DNA of 64,000 nucleotides from NCBI GenBank assembly GCA_031551405.1, contig JAVBNQ010000002.1, positions 717 through 64,716 of the forward strand, written 5' to 3'. How positions within the stretch are numbered: position 1 is the stretch's first letter; every line of letters begins with the position of its first letter. Source of the DNA: a bacterium (GTDB lineage Bacteria; RUG730). The translations under genes and the position numbers were made by a program. Shown piece after piece: positions 1-10,851 of this stretch. The notes under the pieces are model-generated. The model was not told the origin of the DNA, ran no database searches, and was given only the letters and a program-made list of their open reading frames with translations.

Positions 1-1126
1 TTCCCCTAGCTGATACTATTTGTTTCCCCGGAGCTACCACATCTACCCTAATGTCATAATTAGAAGCCTGCTCAGAGGAAATATAGAGCCGTTCATTTTC
101 ATAGCCAATACCGCCTACGCAAATCACATTTGGGTCTCTGGCCGGATATAAAGCTTTATTTTGATTTCCATTCCCAACAGCACAAAGTATTGTGACATCT
201 CTATCGTAAGCATATTGAATGGCATCCTTCAAAGCCAAATCCTCATTATCAATACCCAGACTTAAGTTTATTATGTTTGCGCCATGGTCAACGGCATAAT
301 AGACAGCTTGGTCGACATTGTATAAAATTCCACTAGTTGGACCGCTACTACACTTCAATACCATAAGTCTACAATCCCAAGCAACTCCAGTTAAGCCCAC
401 GTTATTATTTCCTTGAGCGCCTATTATACTCGCTATGACAGTTCCGTGCCTTTGCTCTCCGGTATCAGATAAATCTTGCGGAATAACAGTTCCTTTGTTT
501 TCCCCAAAATCCCAACCATTAACACCTTTTGTAGAAATTGTATTAACCCATAATCTGTTGACTAAATCTTGGTGGTTTATATTGACGCCTGTATCAATTA
601 CTGCCACTATTACACTACTAGTTCCTGTTGTAATATCCCACGCCCTTTGTGCATCAATATGACCGGTCACCATTGCCCTTAGTTCCCACTGTCCATTGGA
701 CCCGGTAAAAACTGGATCATTTGGGCTGGTAGCGCTAGGCTGGTAAGTGTAACTTGGCTGAGCCCACTCAATATCTGGATCAGAAGACAGTTGCCTGGCA
801 AAATCTTTTGCATCAATATTATCTTCAAATTTTATTCTAAAAATAAGATTAATTTTATCGAGCGAAAATTTTTCTTTTGATGTAAGCTTAGAATAATTTC
901 GTTTTGTACTTTCTGAAGTTTCAAAATTTTTCTTAAACTCCTTAATTTTATATTCGATTTGATATTTTTTCAGGAACTTCGCGCGGTTTTCGTCGTCAGA
1001 AGACGAAGCTTTAAATTTTACGATGACTTCGCCATCTTGATAGTTTTTATTAAAAGCGGCAAAAATAAACGAATTGAAAAGGACAATAAAAGATAAGAAC
1101 AAAACTTTTTTAACAAGATTTTTCAT
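1..1126 (-). CDS. Secreted subtilisin-like S8 serine peptidase (truncated by window edge)
   Basis: Hand translation from ATG at 1126: signal peptide MKNLVKKVLFLSFIVLF, propeptide, VAVIDTG (catalytic Asp), HGTVIASIIG (His), IINLSLG, AVGNG, DVVAPG. Not in the ORF track because it runs off the end. Confidence 0.9.
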   Translation of the reverse strand, partial: MKNLVKKVLFLSFIVLFNSFIFAAFNKNYQDGEVIVKFKASSSDDENRAKFLKKYQIEYKIKEFKKNFETSESTKRNYSKLTSKEKFSLDKINLIFRIKFEDNIDAKDFARQLSSDPDIEWAQPSYTYQPSATSPNDPVFTGSNGQWELRAMVTGHIDAQRAWDITTGTSSVIVAVIDTGVNINHQDLVNRLWVNTISTKGVNGWDFGENKGTVIPQDLSDTGEQRHGTVIASIIGAQGNNNVGLTGVAWDCRLMVLKCSSGPTSGILYNVDQAVYYAVDHGANIINLSLGIDNEDLALKDAIQYAYDRDVTILCAVGNGNQNKALYPARDPNVICVGGIGYENERLYISSEQASNYDIRVDVVAPGKQIVSARG

Positions 1127-1202
1127 ATAAAAATCCTTTTTTTAAAATTTTATTTTTAGTTTACAAATTATTAAAAAATCTTGCAAACTTAATATTTCAA
1201 AT

Positions 1203-2177
1203 TTAATTCAATAGAATCCCATTATAAATTTTAGAATTTTCTGGCACAATGCAATTGTCAAGAATAATACAATTTACAAGAGTCGAATTTGCATTGATTA
1301 CAGCATTTTTTCCAATTATGCAATTATCGAGAATACAATTTTCTGAGATTTCACAATTCTCATCTATCGTACTGAAATTCAAAATTTTAACGTCTTCAGC
1401 TAATTTTACATTTTTCGCAACCAAAGAATTGTTTTTTATCTCGTCACCTGAAAAAATTCTACTTTTTATTTGCCGGTCTAAAATCTCTTTTTGCGCAGCT
1501 TTATAAGCTTCGATGTCACCAATATCGCACCAATATTCCTGCATTTCATAACCTAAAACTCTCGCGTTTTCTTGCATCAATTTTGGCCAAACATCGTTTC
1601 CAAAGTCATAAAATTTATTCTCCGGAATAAACTGGAAAATCTCCGGTTCCAACACATAAATTCCGGTATTAACTTTGTTTTCGTAAATATCTTTGAATTT
1701 CGGTTTTTCTACGAATTTTTGAATTTTCGAATTTTCGTCTGTAAAGACTACGCCATATTTAAATTTTTCGTCATATCTTTTCAAAACTATGGTTGCCAAT
1801 GCTTTTTTTGCCTTATGAAACTCAATTACTTTTTTCAAGTCTACATCAAAATATCCGTCTCCGCTCAAAATTACAAAAGTTTCATTTTTGAACTCCTCGC
1901 GAACTTTACCTAATCCGCCGGCAGTTCCCATCAGATCTTCTTCGAATGAATATTTTATTCTCACACCGAAATTCTCGCCGTAACCAAAATAATTTTTTAT
2001 GATTTCAGGATACAAATGCAAATTTATGACAACTTCATTTATATCGAATTTTTTAAGATTTTCAATCGTATGTTGAAGGACAGGTTTATTCGAAATTTTT
2101 ATCATCGGCTTTGGCAAAATATTTGTGATCGGGCGCATCCTCGTTCCAAGACCGGCGCACATTATAAATGCTTTCAA
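1203..2177 (-). CDS. Sugar-1-phosphate nucleotidyltransferase (mannose-1-P guanylyltransferase-like) with C-terminal beta-helix
   Basis: AGLGTRMRPIT..PKPM, GTAG, FVEKP, VNTGIY, YWCDIG, hexapeptide repeats. Confidence 0.85.
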   Translation of the reverse strand: MKAFIMCAGLGTRMRPITNILPKPMIKISNKPVLQHTIENLKKFDINEVVINLHLYPEIIKNYFGYGENFGVRIKYSFEEDLMGTAGGLGKVREEFKNETFVILSGDGYFDVDLKKVIEFHKAKKALATIVLKRYDEKFKYGVVFTDENSKIQKFVEKPKFKDIYENKVNTGIYVLEPEIFQFIPENKFYDFGNDVWPKLMQENARVLGYEMQEYWCDIGDIEAYKAAQKEILDRQIKSRIFSGDEIKNNSLVAKNVKLAEDVKILNFSTIDENCEISENCILDNCIIGKNAVINANSTLVNCIILDNCIVPENSKIYNGILLN

Positions 2178-2192
2178 TTTTTCACTCCCATT

Positions 2193-3896
2193 CTATAAAT
2201 TTTTCGAAATATCGCTAATAAAGCTTTGTAATTCATCGATGGTTTTATAAAAAACTTCGCCGGTTTTTCGGATTTTAATCTCGAGATTTTTTGACTCGAG
2301 AAATTTTTTCCCGAGCGTAATTATGACTGGAATCCCGAGTAAATCAAAGTCGTTAAACTTTATTCCCGGCCTTTCGTCGCGATCGTCGAATAAAACATCG
2401 TAATTTGAATTTTGAAGCTTTTCGTACAATTTTTCTGAAATCTCGAATAATTCTTGATTCTTCACGTCAAGACAAATTATTCCAATTTTGTACGGAGCCA
2501 AAGCCCAAGTCCAGATAACGCCTTTTTCGTCGTTGTTTTGCTCGATCGCCGCTGCGACGACCCGCGAAACTCCGATTCCATAGCAACCCATCACGACCGA
2601 TTTTCTTTGTCCGTCATCGTCTAAATATTCCGCGTTCATTGCTTTCGAATATTTTGTGCCAAGCTTAAAAATATGTCCGACCTCAATACCTCGGCTAAAT
2701 TCTAGCTTTTTACCGCATTTCACACAGCTGTCCCCGGGTTTAGCCAGCAAAATATCAAAAAATTCCGCCGAGCTAAAATCTCTGCCAAGATTCAGGTTTT
2801 TATAATGAAAATCTTTTTTGTTCGCGCCTGAAATCGCATTTTTTAAATTTTTTACGCTCTCGTCGCAAATTATTTTGTCTGCTGGTAAATCTTTCGGTCC
2901 CAAAAATCCTGTTTCGCAAGCAAATTTTTCGAAAACTTCTTGGCTCGTCGCAAGCCGTAAATCTTTTGCGTTTAATTTATTTGCAAGTTTAAACTCATTT
3001 ACCTCGCGATCTCCTCTGATTAAAACTGCGCAATATTTACCATTTTCAACATAAATCAAAGTTTTTATGAATTTTTTAGCATTTTCGTTCAAAAATTCCG
3101 AAATCTCGTCTATCGTTTTTTTGTTTGGAGTGTGAACGAGTTCTAAATTTTTCGTTTCTTCAGGATTTTTTGCGTCGTCGAATTTTGAAACCGCTTTTTC
3201 TGTGTTCGCAGCATATCCGCATTCGCAAGCCGCAATTTCGCTCTCTCCGGTTTTTGCAGTCACCATAAATTCGTGCGAAAAATTCCCTCCAATAGCGCCG
3301 CTGTCCGCCTCGACAATCTTGAATTCCAAACCGCAGCTTTTGAAAATATTCGTATAAATTTCATGCATATTTTTGTAGCTCGTCTCAGCTCCGGAATCCG
3401 TACGATCAAAACTGTACGCGTCCTTCATCAAAAATTCCCTCGCTCGCATCACTCCAAACCGCGGACGAATCTCGTCGCGAAATTTCGTTTGAAATTGGTA
3501 TAGCGTGACAGGCAAATCTCGATATGAGCTGACTTCGCTTGCAACCAAATCCGTGATCACTTCTTCGTGCGTCGGACCAAGACAAAATTCGCGTTCATGA
3601 CGATCATTCAGCCTGACCAGTTCTTTGCCGTAAATTTCCCATCTACCGCTTTTTTCCCACAGCTCTTTTGGCTGTAAAGCCGGCAAAAATAATTCCTGAC
3701 ACTCTTTTTTGTTCATCTCACGACGGATTATTGCCTCGACGTTTTTCAGCGCTTTGTAGCCAAAAGGAAGCCATTCGTAAATTCCGGACGCAAGCTTTCG
3801 GATCATTCCTGCTCGGTACATCAGCTTGTGGCTTATAATTTCCGCGTCGCTTTGGGCTTGTTTTGTTGTTTTTATGAAAGATTTCGTGTATCTCAT
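2193..3896 (-). CDS. proS: Prolyl-tRNA synthetase (bacterial type with editing domain)
   Basis: GPTHEE, FRDEIRPRFGVMRAREFLMKDAYSF, GIEVGHIFKLG, MGCYGIG. Confidence 0.98.
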   Translation of the reverse strand: MRYTKSFIKTTKQAQSDAEIISHKLMYRAGMIRKLASGIYEWLPFGYKALKNVEAIIRREMNKKECQELFLPALQPKELWEKSGRWEIYGKELVRLNDRHEREFCLGPTHEEVITDLVASEVSSYRDLPVTLYQFQTKFRDEIRPRFGVMRAREFLMKDAYSFDRTDSGAETSYKNMHEIYTNIFKSCGLEFKIVEADSGAIGGNFSHEFMVTAKTGESEIAACECGYAANTEKAVSKFDDAKNPEETKNLELVHTPNKKTIDEISEFLNENAKKFIKTLIYVENGKYCAVLIRGDREVNEFKLANKLNAKDLRLATSQEVFEKFACETGFLGPKDLPADKIICDESVKNLKNAISGANKKDFHYKNLNLGRDFSSAEFFDILLAKPGDSCVKCGKKLEFSRGIEVGHIFKLGTKYSKAMNAEYLDDDGQRKSVVMGCYGIGVSRVVAAAIEQNNDEKGVIWTWALAPYKIGIICLDVKNQELFEISEKLYEKLQNSNYDVLFDDRDERPGIKFNDFDLLGIPVIITLGKKFLESKNLEIKIRKTGEVFYKTIDELQSFISDISKNL

Positions 3897-3930
3897 TTTT
3901 CCCTCGGTTTTCCAGTTTATTTAAACTTTT

Positions 3931-4632
3931 TCATTCGATCACTTTATATTTCTGCTTGGCTTCGGCAAGCGAACAAGAATTAAAATGCCACCACTCGCTT
4001 TTTATGGTTTTGAAGCCCGCCTCCGTCATAATTTTCCGCAAAAGCAGTCTATTTTCTAGTTCTTTCGCAGAAATTCGACCTTTTCGAACCAACTCGTCTT
4101 CTTTATCAGTATTCGCCTCATATCCAAAATAATCATACGGCGTTCCCATTTCCAAACTTTTCCCCGTCGAATCGCAAATACTCAAATCAACCGCCAAACC
4201 AAAATTGTGAAGTCCGCCTCCATTATTCGGATCTGCGACGTAATAATCCCATTCAGTATTTTTCACCAAATCCCACATTTCGCGTTGGATGCTAAGGGGA
4301 CGAGCCGTATCGTAAACCACAAGTGTTAAATCCGGCCGTAATTTCTTCAAACTTTTATAAGCTTTTAATAATTTTTGAGCGGCTTCCGGTTGCAAATAAG
4401 CTCTCGTCAGATCTTTGTACAAAACTTTTCCCAAAAAATTATACGGAGTCGCGTAAACAAGTTGTACTATTATTCCATCGTCAAGAGATGAAACATCAAC
4501 TAAGTTCATTTTTTCAAGAACAATTTCTTTTTCGGTTTTGGCCTGATTAGCGGCTGAATATTTTACGTCTAACGAGAAAAGACTTTGGGACAAGAAAAAT
4601 AACAGTAAAAAAATTTTGAAAAATTTTCTCAT
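3931..4632 (-). CDS. Exported D-Ala-D-Ala dipeptidase (M15D, VanX/DdpX family)
   Basis: Signal peptide; YATPYNFLG, YDTARP, HNFGLAVD, MGTPYD, EWWHF. Confidence 0.88.
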   Translation of the reverse strand: MRKFFKIFLLLFFLSQSLFSLDVKYSAANQAKTEKEIVLEKMNLVDVSSLDDGIIVQLVYATPYNFLGKVLYKDLTRAYLQPEAAQKLLKAYKSLKKLRPDLTLVVYDTARPLSIQREMWDLVKNTEWDYYVADPNNGGGLHNFGLAVDLSICDSTGKSLEMGTPYDYFGYEANTDKEDELVRKGRISAKELENRLLLRKIMTEAGFKTIKSEWWHFNSCSLAEAKQKYKVIE

Positions 4633-4719
4633 ATATTAAAAACTTCCTTAATTTTTTATTGAGTAGCAATGACTCAAAAAAGATTGTTACACGTCTATTT
4701 TCCTTCATCTTCACCAACT

Positions 4720-5445
4720 TCAATTTAAAGCTTTTTCGACTGCTTCCAAATCTTCTTTCACGTCGACACTAACGTATTTATTTTTTGTCAAAACAGTTTT
4801 GATTTTGTAGCCATTTTCGAGAAATCTGAGCTGCTCTAATTTCTCGATATTTTCCAGAATTTTGCTTTCAAATTTATCGAATTTCTGCAAAACTTCTTTC
4901 TTATAAGCGTAAATTCCAATGTGCTGATAATAAGTCACGTCGATATTATCTCGATTGTAAGGAATATTCGCTCTGGAAAAATAAATCGCGTTTTGCCAAG
5001 CGTCGAGAACAACTTTCACACAATTCGGATTTTTAACGGATTCTGCTTCGTGAGCCTCAATTTTTCTGATCAAAGTCGCAATATTTACGTCTTTTTCATT
5101 CAAAAAAACGCGAGATAAATTATCCAAGTCTTCAGAATTTACGAGCGGCTCGTCACCTTGAATATTTAGCGCTACGTCAAAATCAAAATCGTTAAGAATC
5201 GAAATAATTCTCTCGGTTCCGCTGTTGCAATTCTCACTCGTCATAGCAACATTTCCGCCAAAATTTTTTACTTCATTCGCAATCAAATCATTGTCAGTCA
5301 GAACTACGACTTTCTCAAGTTCTTTGGATTTTGCGGAATTTGTGTATACTCGCTCGATCATAGTTTTGCCGTTTATTTTCGCCAAAGCTTTGGCATGAAG
5401 ACGAGTCGATCCATATCTCGCCGGAATAAAACCGATTATTTTCAT
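4720..5445 (-). CDS. kdsB: 3-deoxy-manno-octulosonate cytidylyltransferase
   Basis: IPARYGSTRL, SGTER, NIQGDEP, HIGIYAY, EKLEQLR; start set at the ATG behind GGAGG. Confidence 0.95.
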   Translation of the reverse strand: MKIIGFIPARYGSTRLHAKALAKINGKTMIERVYTNSAKSKELEKVVVLTDNDLIANEVKNFGGNVAMTSENCNSGTERIISILNDFDFDVALNIQGDEPLVNSEDLDNLSRVFLNEKDVNIATLIRKIEAHEAESVKNPNCVKVVLDAWQNAIYFSRANIPYNRDNIDVTYYQHIGIYAYKKEVLQKFDKFESKILENIEKLEQLRFLENGYKIKTVLTKNKYVSVDVKEDLEAVEKALN

Positions 5446-5575
5446 AAATTCCTCCAATTAACTAAATTTTGCGTAATATGTCCAATCAAACTCGAAAGCT
5501 CATTGACAATTTTTTCTAGCAAAACTGAAGTTTCAAGTTTTTGCAATTTTATTGTTTTTTGCATTTTTTAACGCC

Positions 5576-7006
5576 TTAACTCAAATTGTTCTCGATAAAC
5601 TGAGACAGTTTTAAAATTAAGCTTTCATCGAAATGTCGTCCTGAAATCTGAATTCCAATCGGTAAATTTTGCGAGTCAGTTCCGATCGGAACTGAAATTG
5701 CAGGAATCCCGGCCAAATTCGCGGAAATCGTGTAAATATCAGACAAATACATTGAGAGCGGGTCATTAAGTTTTTCGCCAATTTTAAAAGCTGCTGTAGG
5801 AGTAGTCGGCGTAATAATCAAATCGACTTCACTGAACGCATTTTTATAATCGAGTTTTATGAGTTCGCGAACTTTTTGCGCCTTCGAATAATAAGCGTCG
5901 TAATAACCGCTCGAGAGAGCGAACGTTCCGATCATAATTCGACGTTTTACCTCGTCGCCAAAACCAAGAGCGCGAGTTTTCGTGTATTCTTCGAGTAAAT
6001 CCTTAACGTCAGCAGCCCTAAAACCGTATTTCACGCCGTCGTATCTCGCCAAATTCGCGCTGGCTTCACTCGGCGCTATGATGTAGTAAACTGCGACGGA
6101 ATAATCAGTATGCGGCATTTTTATATTTTTGACAATAGCTCCGGATTTTTTCAACTCGTCCACAATTTTCAAAATTTTACTTTTTATCTCGGGATTCAAA
6201 CCGTCTGCAAAATATTCCGCAGGCAAACCAATTTTCAAACCTTTTACGTCAAAGTTTTGCTTAAGTTCATCTGAGAAATTCGGAACGTCTTTTTTGATGG
6301 ACGTGGAATCTTTTGGGTCATAGCCGGAAATCACCTCGAGTAAGAGAGCTATATCTTCCGTTGATTTTGCGAATGGTCCGATCTGATCCAAACTCGATGC
6401 AAAAGCCACCAGCCCAAATCTGGAAACTCGTCCATATGTAGGCTTCAAACCAAAAACTCCGCAAAGAGCCGCCGGTTGTCTGATCGAGCCGCCGGTGTCT
6501 GAACCAAGCGACGCTTGGCAGAAATCAGCAGCAACACTAGCAGCGCTTCCCCCAGATGAGCCGCCTGGAATTCGAGTTAAATCGCAAGGATTTTTCGTTG
6601 GACCGAAATACGAAGTTTCACACGACGAACCCATCGCAAATTCATCCATGTTCGTTTTACCGATAATGATCGCGTCTTCCTTTTCTAATTTCTCAATGAC
6701 AGTCGCGTCATACGGACTGATAAAATTCTCGAGTATTTTTGATGCACAAGTCGTTTTAATGTTTTTCACGTTAAGATTGTCTTTTATCGCTATCGGAATT
6801 CCGGCTAGCTTGCCAATTTTTTGTTTATTTTTGATTTTCTCGTCGATTTCCGTAGCTTTTTGGAAGGCTTTTTCGCGGGTTAAACTGATGAACGCATTGA
6901 TTTCTTTATCTTTCTCATCGATATTTCGGTAAAACTTTTCTACGATTTCTTTGCAGCTCGAATTATTTTCTAAAATATTTTTTTGTATCTCTCTTATTTT
7001 TTTCAT
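5576..7006 (-). CDS. gatA: Asp/Glu-tRNA amidotransferase subunit A
   Basis: GKTNMDEFAMGSS, PGGSSGGS, GSDTGGSIRQPA, EVKRRIMIG. Confidence 0.97.
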   Translation of the reverse strand: MKKIREIQKNILENNSSCKEIVEKFYRNIDEKDKEINAFISLTREKAFQKATEIDEKIKNKQKIGKLAGIPIAIKDNLNVKNIKTTCASKILENFISPYDATVIEKLEKEDAIIIGKTNMDEFAMGSSCETSYFGPTKNPCDLTRIPGGSSGGSAASVAADFCQASLGSDTGGSIRQPAALCGVFGLKPTYGRVSRFGLVAFASSLDQIGPFAKSTEDIALLLEVISGYDPKDSTSIKKDVPNFSDELKQNFDVKGLKIGLPAEYFADGLNPEIKSKILKIVDELKKSGAIVKNIKMPHTDYSVAVYYIIAPSEASANLARYDGVKYGFRAADVKDLLEEYTKTRALGFGDEVKRRIMIGTFALSSGYYDAYYSKAQKVRELIKLDYKNAFSEVDLIITPTTPTAAFKIGEKLNDPLSMYLSDIYTISANLAGIPAISVPIGTDSQNLPIGIQISGRHFDESLILKLSQFIENNLS

Positions 7007-7293
7007 TACTCGATCACCTTCTTGACTTTAAAAAATCTGCCGTCGACGTCCGGAGCATTTTTTTTGAGTACTTCGAAATCAATCGATTTAATGACTTCGT
7101 CAGCTCGCAAAACGTTTTCTGCTTCTTTTTCAATAGTTTGTTCGCAATTTTTCGGAATTTCAAGTTCACTCAGTTTGTCGATATAATTCAAAATACTTTC
7201 GAGTTGCGACGTAAACTTTTTTTTATCGTCTTCGGAAAGTTCCAGTCTGGCAAGTTTTGCAACATGCTCCACATTTTTTATTGAAATACTCAT
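7006..7293 (-). CDS. gatC: Asp/Glu-tRNA amidotransferase subunit C
   Basis: VEHVAKLARLEL, FFKVKKVI; coupled to gatA. Confidence 0.93.
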   Translation of the reverse strand: MSISIKNVEHVAKLARLELSEDDKKKFTSQLESILNYIDKLSELEIPKNCEQTIEKEAENVLRADEVIKSIDFEVLKKNAPDVDGRFFKVKKVIE

Positions 7294-7452
7294 TTTTACC
7301 CTCGGAAATTTTTATAAATTTTAAAGTTTTTATATTACTAAATTTCAGAGATAATTGTCCACAAATTGTTGAGCTCATTTTTGTTTTGCTTGAAGTTATT
7401 TTGCAATTTTTATATATTTTTAACATCGAAAATTTAAAAATGTAGAAAATTT

Positions 7453-9006
7453 ATGGACAAAAACAAAAAAATAAAAAAAAGCAAAGAAGGCACCTCGTTT
7501 GGTAGAAAAACTTTTATTTTAAGCCTCCTAATTTTAGCTCAATTATTTTACCTAAGCCTTTATATCGTCCATTATTCCATGGATTTTAAACTCCTCTATG
7601 TATTTTTATTTATCGTTAACATCCTGGTCGTTCTAAAAGTGCTTTCAAGTCAAAAAAATTATGCGTCAAGATTAGCCTGGGTAGTTTTGCTTTTGAGTTT
7701 CTCGCCGTTTGCATCTGTAATTTATATAATTTTCGGCCAAACTTCAAATCCAAAAAGAAAAACAAAATTAATGCACAATATTTTTCAAAAAACAAAAATT
7801 TTCGAGAAAAAATTCGAAATTCCACAAAATCTAACTAACTCAATTATCAACGACTGCAAACTGATTTTTGAAACAACAAAATTCACACCCAGCTTCAAGA
7901 GTCAAACCGAGTTATTAACTCCCGGAGAAAAAACTTTTGAAATTTTAATTCAAGAGCTAAAATCTGCAACAAAATTTATTTTCATGGAATATTTCATTAT
8001 TGGCGACGGAAAATTATTTTCTGAAATCAAAAAGATCCTAATCGAAAAAGCAAAAAACAATGTAGACGTCCGGATTATTTACGACGATATCGGCTCAAGC
8101 CGTACTTTAAATAACAAAACAATATACGAGCTAGAAAAAAGTAGGATCAAAGTTTGCGCTTTCAACAAACTAAGGCCTGTTTTGGATTTCTTCATGAATT
8201 ATCGCGATCATCGCAAAATCACCATTATCGACGGAAAAACAGCATTTACAGGTGGACACAATATTGCCGACGAATATGCAAATTATAAACAAATCTTTGG
8301 CTATTGGAAAGATACGTCTGTACTGGTAAAAGGTGAGGCGGTTTATAATTTTACATTGATGTTTCTGCGTAATTGGGAATTTTGCGTCGGTGAATACTTA
8401 GATTACGAACGCTTTTTATTTCCTAGCGAAGCCCTCGACTTTCCGCAAGATGAAAACAATTTAATTTTGCCTTTTGCTGATAGCCCGATGAACCAAAACA
8501 ACCCCTCCAAACGTTTATTCTCTCGATTTATCACTGAAGCCAAAAAATATATTTACATACAATCGCCATATCTAATTATCGACGACGTAATGGTAGAAAA
8601 TCTAACCACAGCAGCTCTATCTGGCATAGACGTTAAAATATTTTTGCCTGGCAGCCCGGACAAAAAATTGATTTATTCAGTCACAAGGTCCTATTACAAA
8701 CAGCTTTTAGACGGTGGCGTTAAAATTTACGAGTACACGCCCGGATTCTTACATTCAAAAGTTTTGTTGTCAGACGACGAAAAAGCTTTTGTTGGAACAG
8801 TCAATATGGACTATAGAAGTTTTTATACTCAACACGAATGCGGCGTTTATTATGCGGGAGGATCGATTATTGGTGAAATAAAAAACGATATTCTCGTCGA
8901 AATATTCAATAAATCCAAAGAAATCACTCTTTTGAACTACCCTAAAACAAATAGTTTGCAAACCTTTTTTTTGGCAATCATAAAAATTTTTGCTCCACTT
9001 ATGTAA
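7453..9006 (+). CDS. cls: Cardiolipin synthase
   Basis: N-terminal TM helices, two HKD motifs (RDHRKITIID, LHSKVLLSD). Confidence 0.92.
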   Translation: MDKNKKIKKSKEGTSFGRKTFILSLLILAQLFYLSLYIVHYSMDFKLLYVFLFIVNILVVLKVLSSQKNYASRLAWVVLLLSFSPFASVIYIIFGQTSNPKRKTKLMHNIFQKTKIFEKKFEIPQNLTNSIINDCKLIFETTKFTPSFKSQTELLTPGEKTFEILIQELKSATKFIFMEYFIIGDGKLFSEIKKILIEKAKNNVDVRIIYDDIGSSRTLNNKTIYELEKSRIKVCAFNKLRPVLDFFMNYRDHRKITIIDGKTAFTGGHNIADEYANYKQIFGYWKDTSVLVKGEAVYNFTLMFLRNWEFCVGEYLDYERFLFPSEALDFPQDENNLILPFADSPMNQNNPSKRLFSRFITEAKKYIYIQSPYLIIDDVMVENLTTAALSGIDVKIFLPGSPDKKLIYSVTRSYYKQLLDGGVKIYEYTPGFLHSKVLLSDDEKAFVGTVNMDYRSFYTQHECGVYYAGGSIIGEIKNDILVEIFNKSKEITLLNYPKTNSLQTFFLAIIKIFAPLM

Positions 9007-9062
9007 AAAAAATTAGACGACAAATTGTTATTTTTCATATTTTGTAAAATGTTTAAATTCCC

Positions 9063-9090
9063 TTGACATTAAACAAAAAATCCATATAAT
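9063..9090 (+). promoter_or_regulatory. Sigma70 promoter of tRNA-Asn
   Basis: TTGACA (9063-9068), 16 bp spacer, TATAAT (9085-9090). Confidence 0.8.
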
Positions 9091-9104
9091 AAAAGCCATC
9101 TTGT

Positions 9105-9179
9105 TCCCTGGTAGCTCAATGGTAGAGCATTCGGCTGTTAACCGAAGGGTTGTTGGTTCGAATCCAACCCGGGGAGCCA
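9105..9179 (+). tRNA. tRNA-Asn(GTT)
   Basis: Acceptor TCCCTGG/CCGGGGA, anticodon loop CTGTTAA, GGTTCGAATCC, encoded CCA. Confidence 0.97.
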
Positions 9180-9325
9180 AGTTTGTGACGGCAAATTTTT
9201 TGGTCACACCAGTCTTCCCAACTTCATCCTCCAAAATTTCTCGTCATAAAAATTCAAATCAAAAAAATTCTACAAAAAATTCGAATCATTTTTGATAAAA
9301 AAATCAAACCTTAAGGATCTTTGTT

Positions 9326-10822
9326 ATGAAATTAAAAAACTTGTTAAGTGAGTTCAACATTTTTGCTGACGATAACTCAGAGGTCAAAGGGATTGCTCTC
9401 GATTCGCGAAAAGTTTTACCAGGCTACATTTTTGTAGCAATGAAAGGCTTTCATGTCGACGGATACAACTTTATCGATACTGCCATAAAAAATGGAGCGA
9501 TATGTGTTGTTGCTGAACGAGACTTTAATGTTCCCCAAGATAAAAAAGTCGAGAAAATAATTACAAACGACGTTTACGGTTTTTCTACTAAGCTAGCACT
9601 TGTTTTATTTGACAATCCGTCCAAAAAATTAAACCTCGTAGGAATTACTGGGACAAACGGCAAAACTACGACGAGCTACATTTTAGAATCGATTTACAAA
9701 GCTGCAGGCCAAAAGACGGGCGTGATTGGTACGATCCAAAACAAAATTTGCGATGAAATTTTTCCAACGGAAAACACGACTCCATTCCCAGTAGAATTGC
9801 AGGAACTTTTGCATAAAATGGTCGAAAAAGGCGTAAAATCTGTTTTTATGGAAGTCTCGAGTCATGCGCTTGATTTGGGACGGACGAACGGTTGTAAATT
9901 CGACGCAGCAATTTTCACTAATTTAACAAAAGAACACTTGGATTTTCACATCACTATGAAAAATTATTTATTGGCTAAGAAAAAACTGATAAACGCAATC
10001 GATGCAGAAGGCTACGTGGCAATAAATTCCGACGACAAACATGCAGAAAAAATCATAGAAAATACGAAAGCAAAAATAATAAAATTTTCAATAAAACAAA
10101 AAAAAGACGTTTTTGTAAAAAACATAAAATTCAACAAAAAAAATTTAACAACGGAACTTGAGATAGTTTTCTCAAAGAAAGAAAGTTTAATAATTCAAAC
10201 GAATCTCGTTGGGAAACATAATGTCTCTAACATTTTGGCTGCTGCGAGTATAGCTTATTCTCAAGAAATTTCGCTTGATTCCATAAAAAACGGCATTGAA
10301 AATTTGTATTCCGTTGCCGGACGATTTGAGCTCGTGAAAGCGGGACAAAATTTTGCGTGTGTTGTAGATTTTGCTCATACCGACGATGCTATGATGCGGA
10401 TTTTGAAAACTGCAAAATCAATGAAAATGAACAGAATTATTACTCTGTTCGGTTGCGGCGGAAATCGCGACAGGAAAAAAAGACCACTCATGGCAAAAGC
10501 TGCTGCAAAATATAGCGATTTTGTTTTCGTAACATCCGATAATCCACGTGAGGAAGATCCAAAAAAAATAGTTCTGGATATCGAGGTCGGATTCAATGAA
10601 ACTGCATTTTCGAATTACAAAACTATTATCGATAGAGAGCAGGCTATTGCTCAAGCAGTCAACTTTGCTAGAGAAGGCGATTTACTTTTGATTTTGGGGA
10701 AAGGACATGAAAACTATCAAATTATTGGCACGCAAAAAATACATTTTTCAGATCAAGAAATTGCGACAAAAAAAATCCGAGAAATGTTAGAAAAAAATAA
10801 AAAACAATCAACTCTTTTTTAA
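9326..10822 (+). CDS. murE: UDP-MurNAc-tripeptide synthetase (meso-DAP ligase)
   Basis: GITGTNGKTT, MEVSSH, DNPR, GKGHE. Confidence 0.97.
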   Translation: MKLKNLLSEFNIFADDNSEVKGIALDSRKVLPGYIFVAMKGFHVDGYNFIDTAIKNGAICVVAERDFNVPQDKKVEKIITNDVYGFSTKLALVLFDNPSKKLNLVGITGTNGKTTTSYILESIYKAAGQKTGVIGTIQNKICDEIFPTENTTPFPVELQELLHKMVEKGVKSVFMEVSSHALDLGRTNGCKFDAAIFTNLTKEHLDFHITMKNYLLAKKKLINAIDAEGYVAINSDDKHAEKIIENTKAKIIKFSIKQKKDVFVKNIKFNKKNLTTELEIVFSKKESLIIQTNLVGKHNVSNILAAASIAYSQEISLDSIKNGIENLYSVAGRFELVKAGQNFACVVDFAHTDDAMMRILKTAKSMKMNRIITLFGCGGNRDRKKRPLMAKAAAKYSDFVFVTSDNPREEDPKKIVLDIEVGFNETAFSNYKTIIDREQAIAQAVNFAREGDLLLILGKGHENYQIIGTQKIHFSDQEIATKKIREMLEKNKKQSTLF

Positions 10823-10851
10823 CGATTAGCAATTAAAAATGAGGAGGATTT

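Noticed and set aside
3931-4632. VanX-like gene as vancomycin resistance
   Set aside because: No vanA/vanH/vanRS nearby; the exported DdpX-type is common
5576-9179. gatCA without gatB, close to tRNA-Asn
   Set aside because: Separation of gatB is common; the proximity is probably incidental
9028-9295. ORFs 9028-9234(-) and 9101-9295(+)
   Set aside because: Shadows of tRNA-Asn
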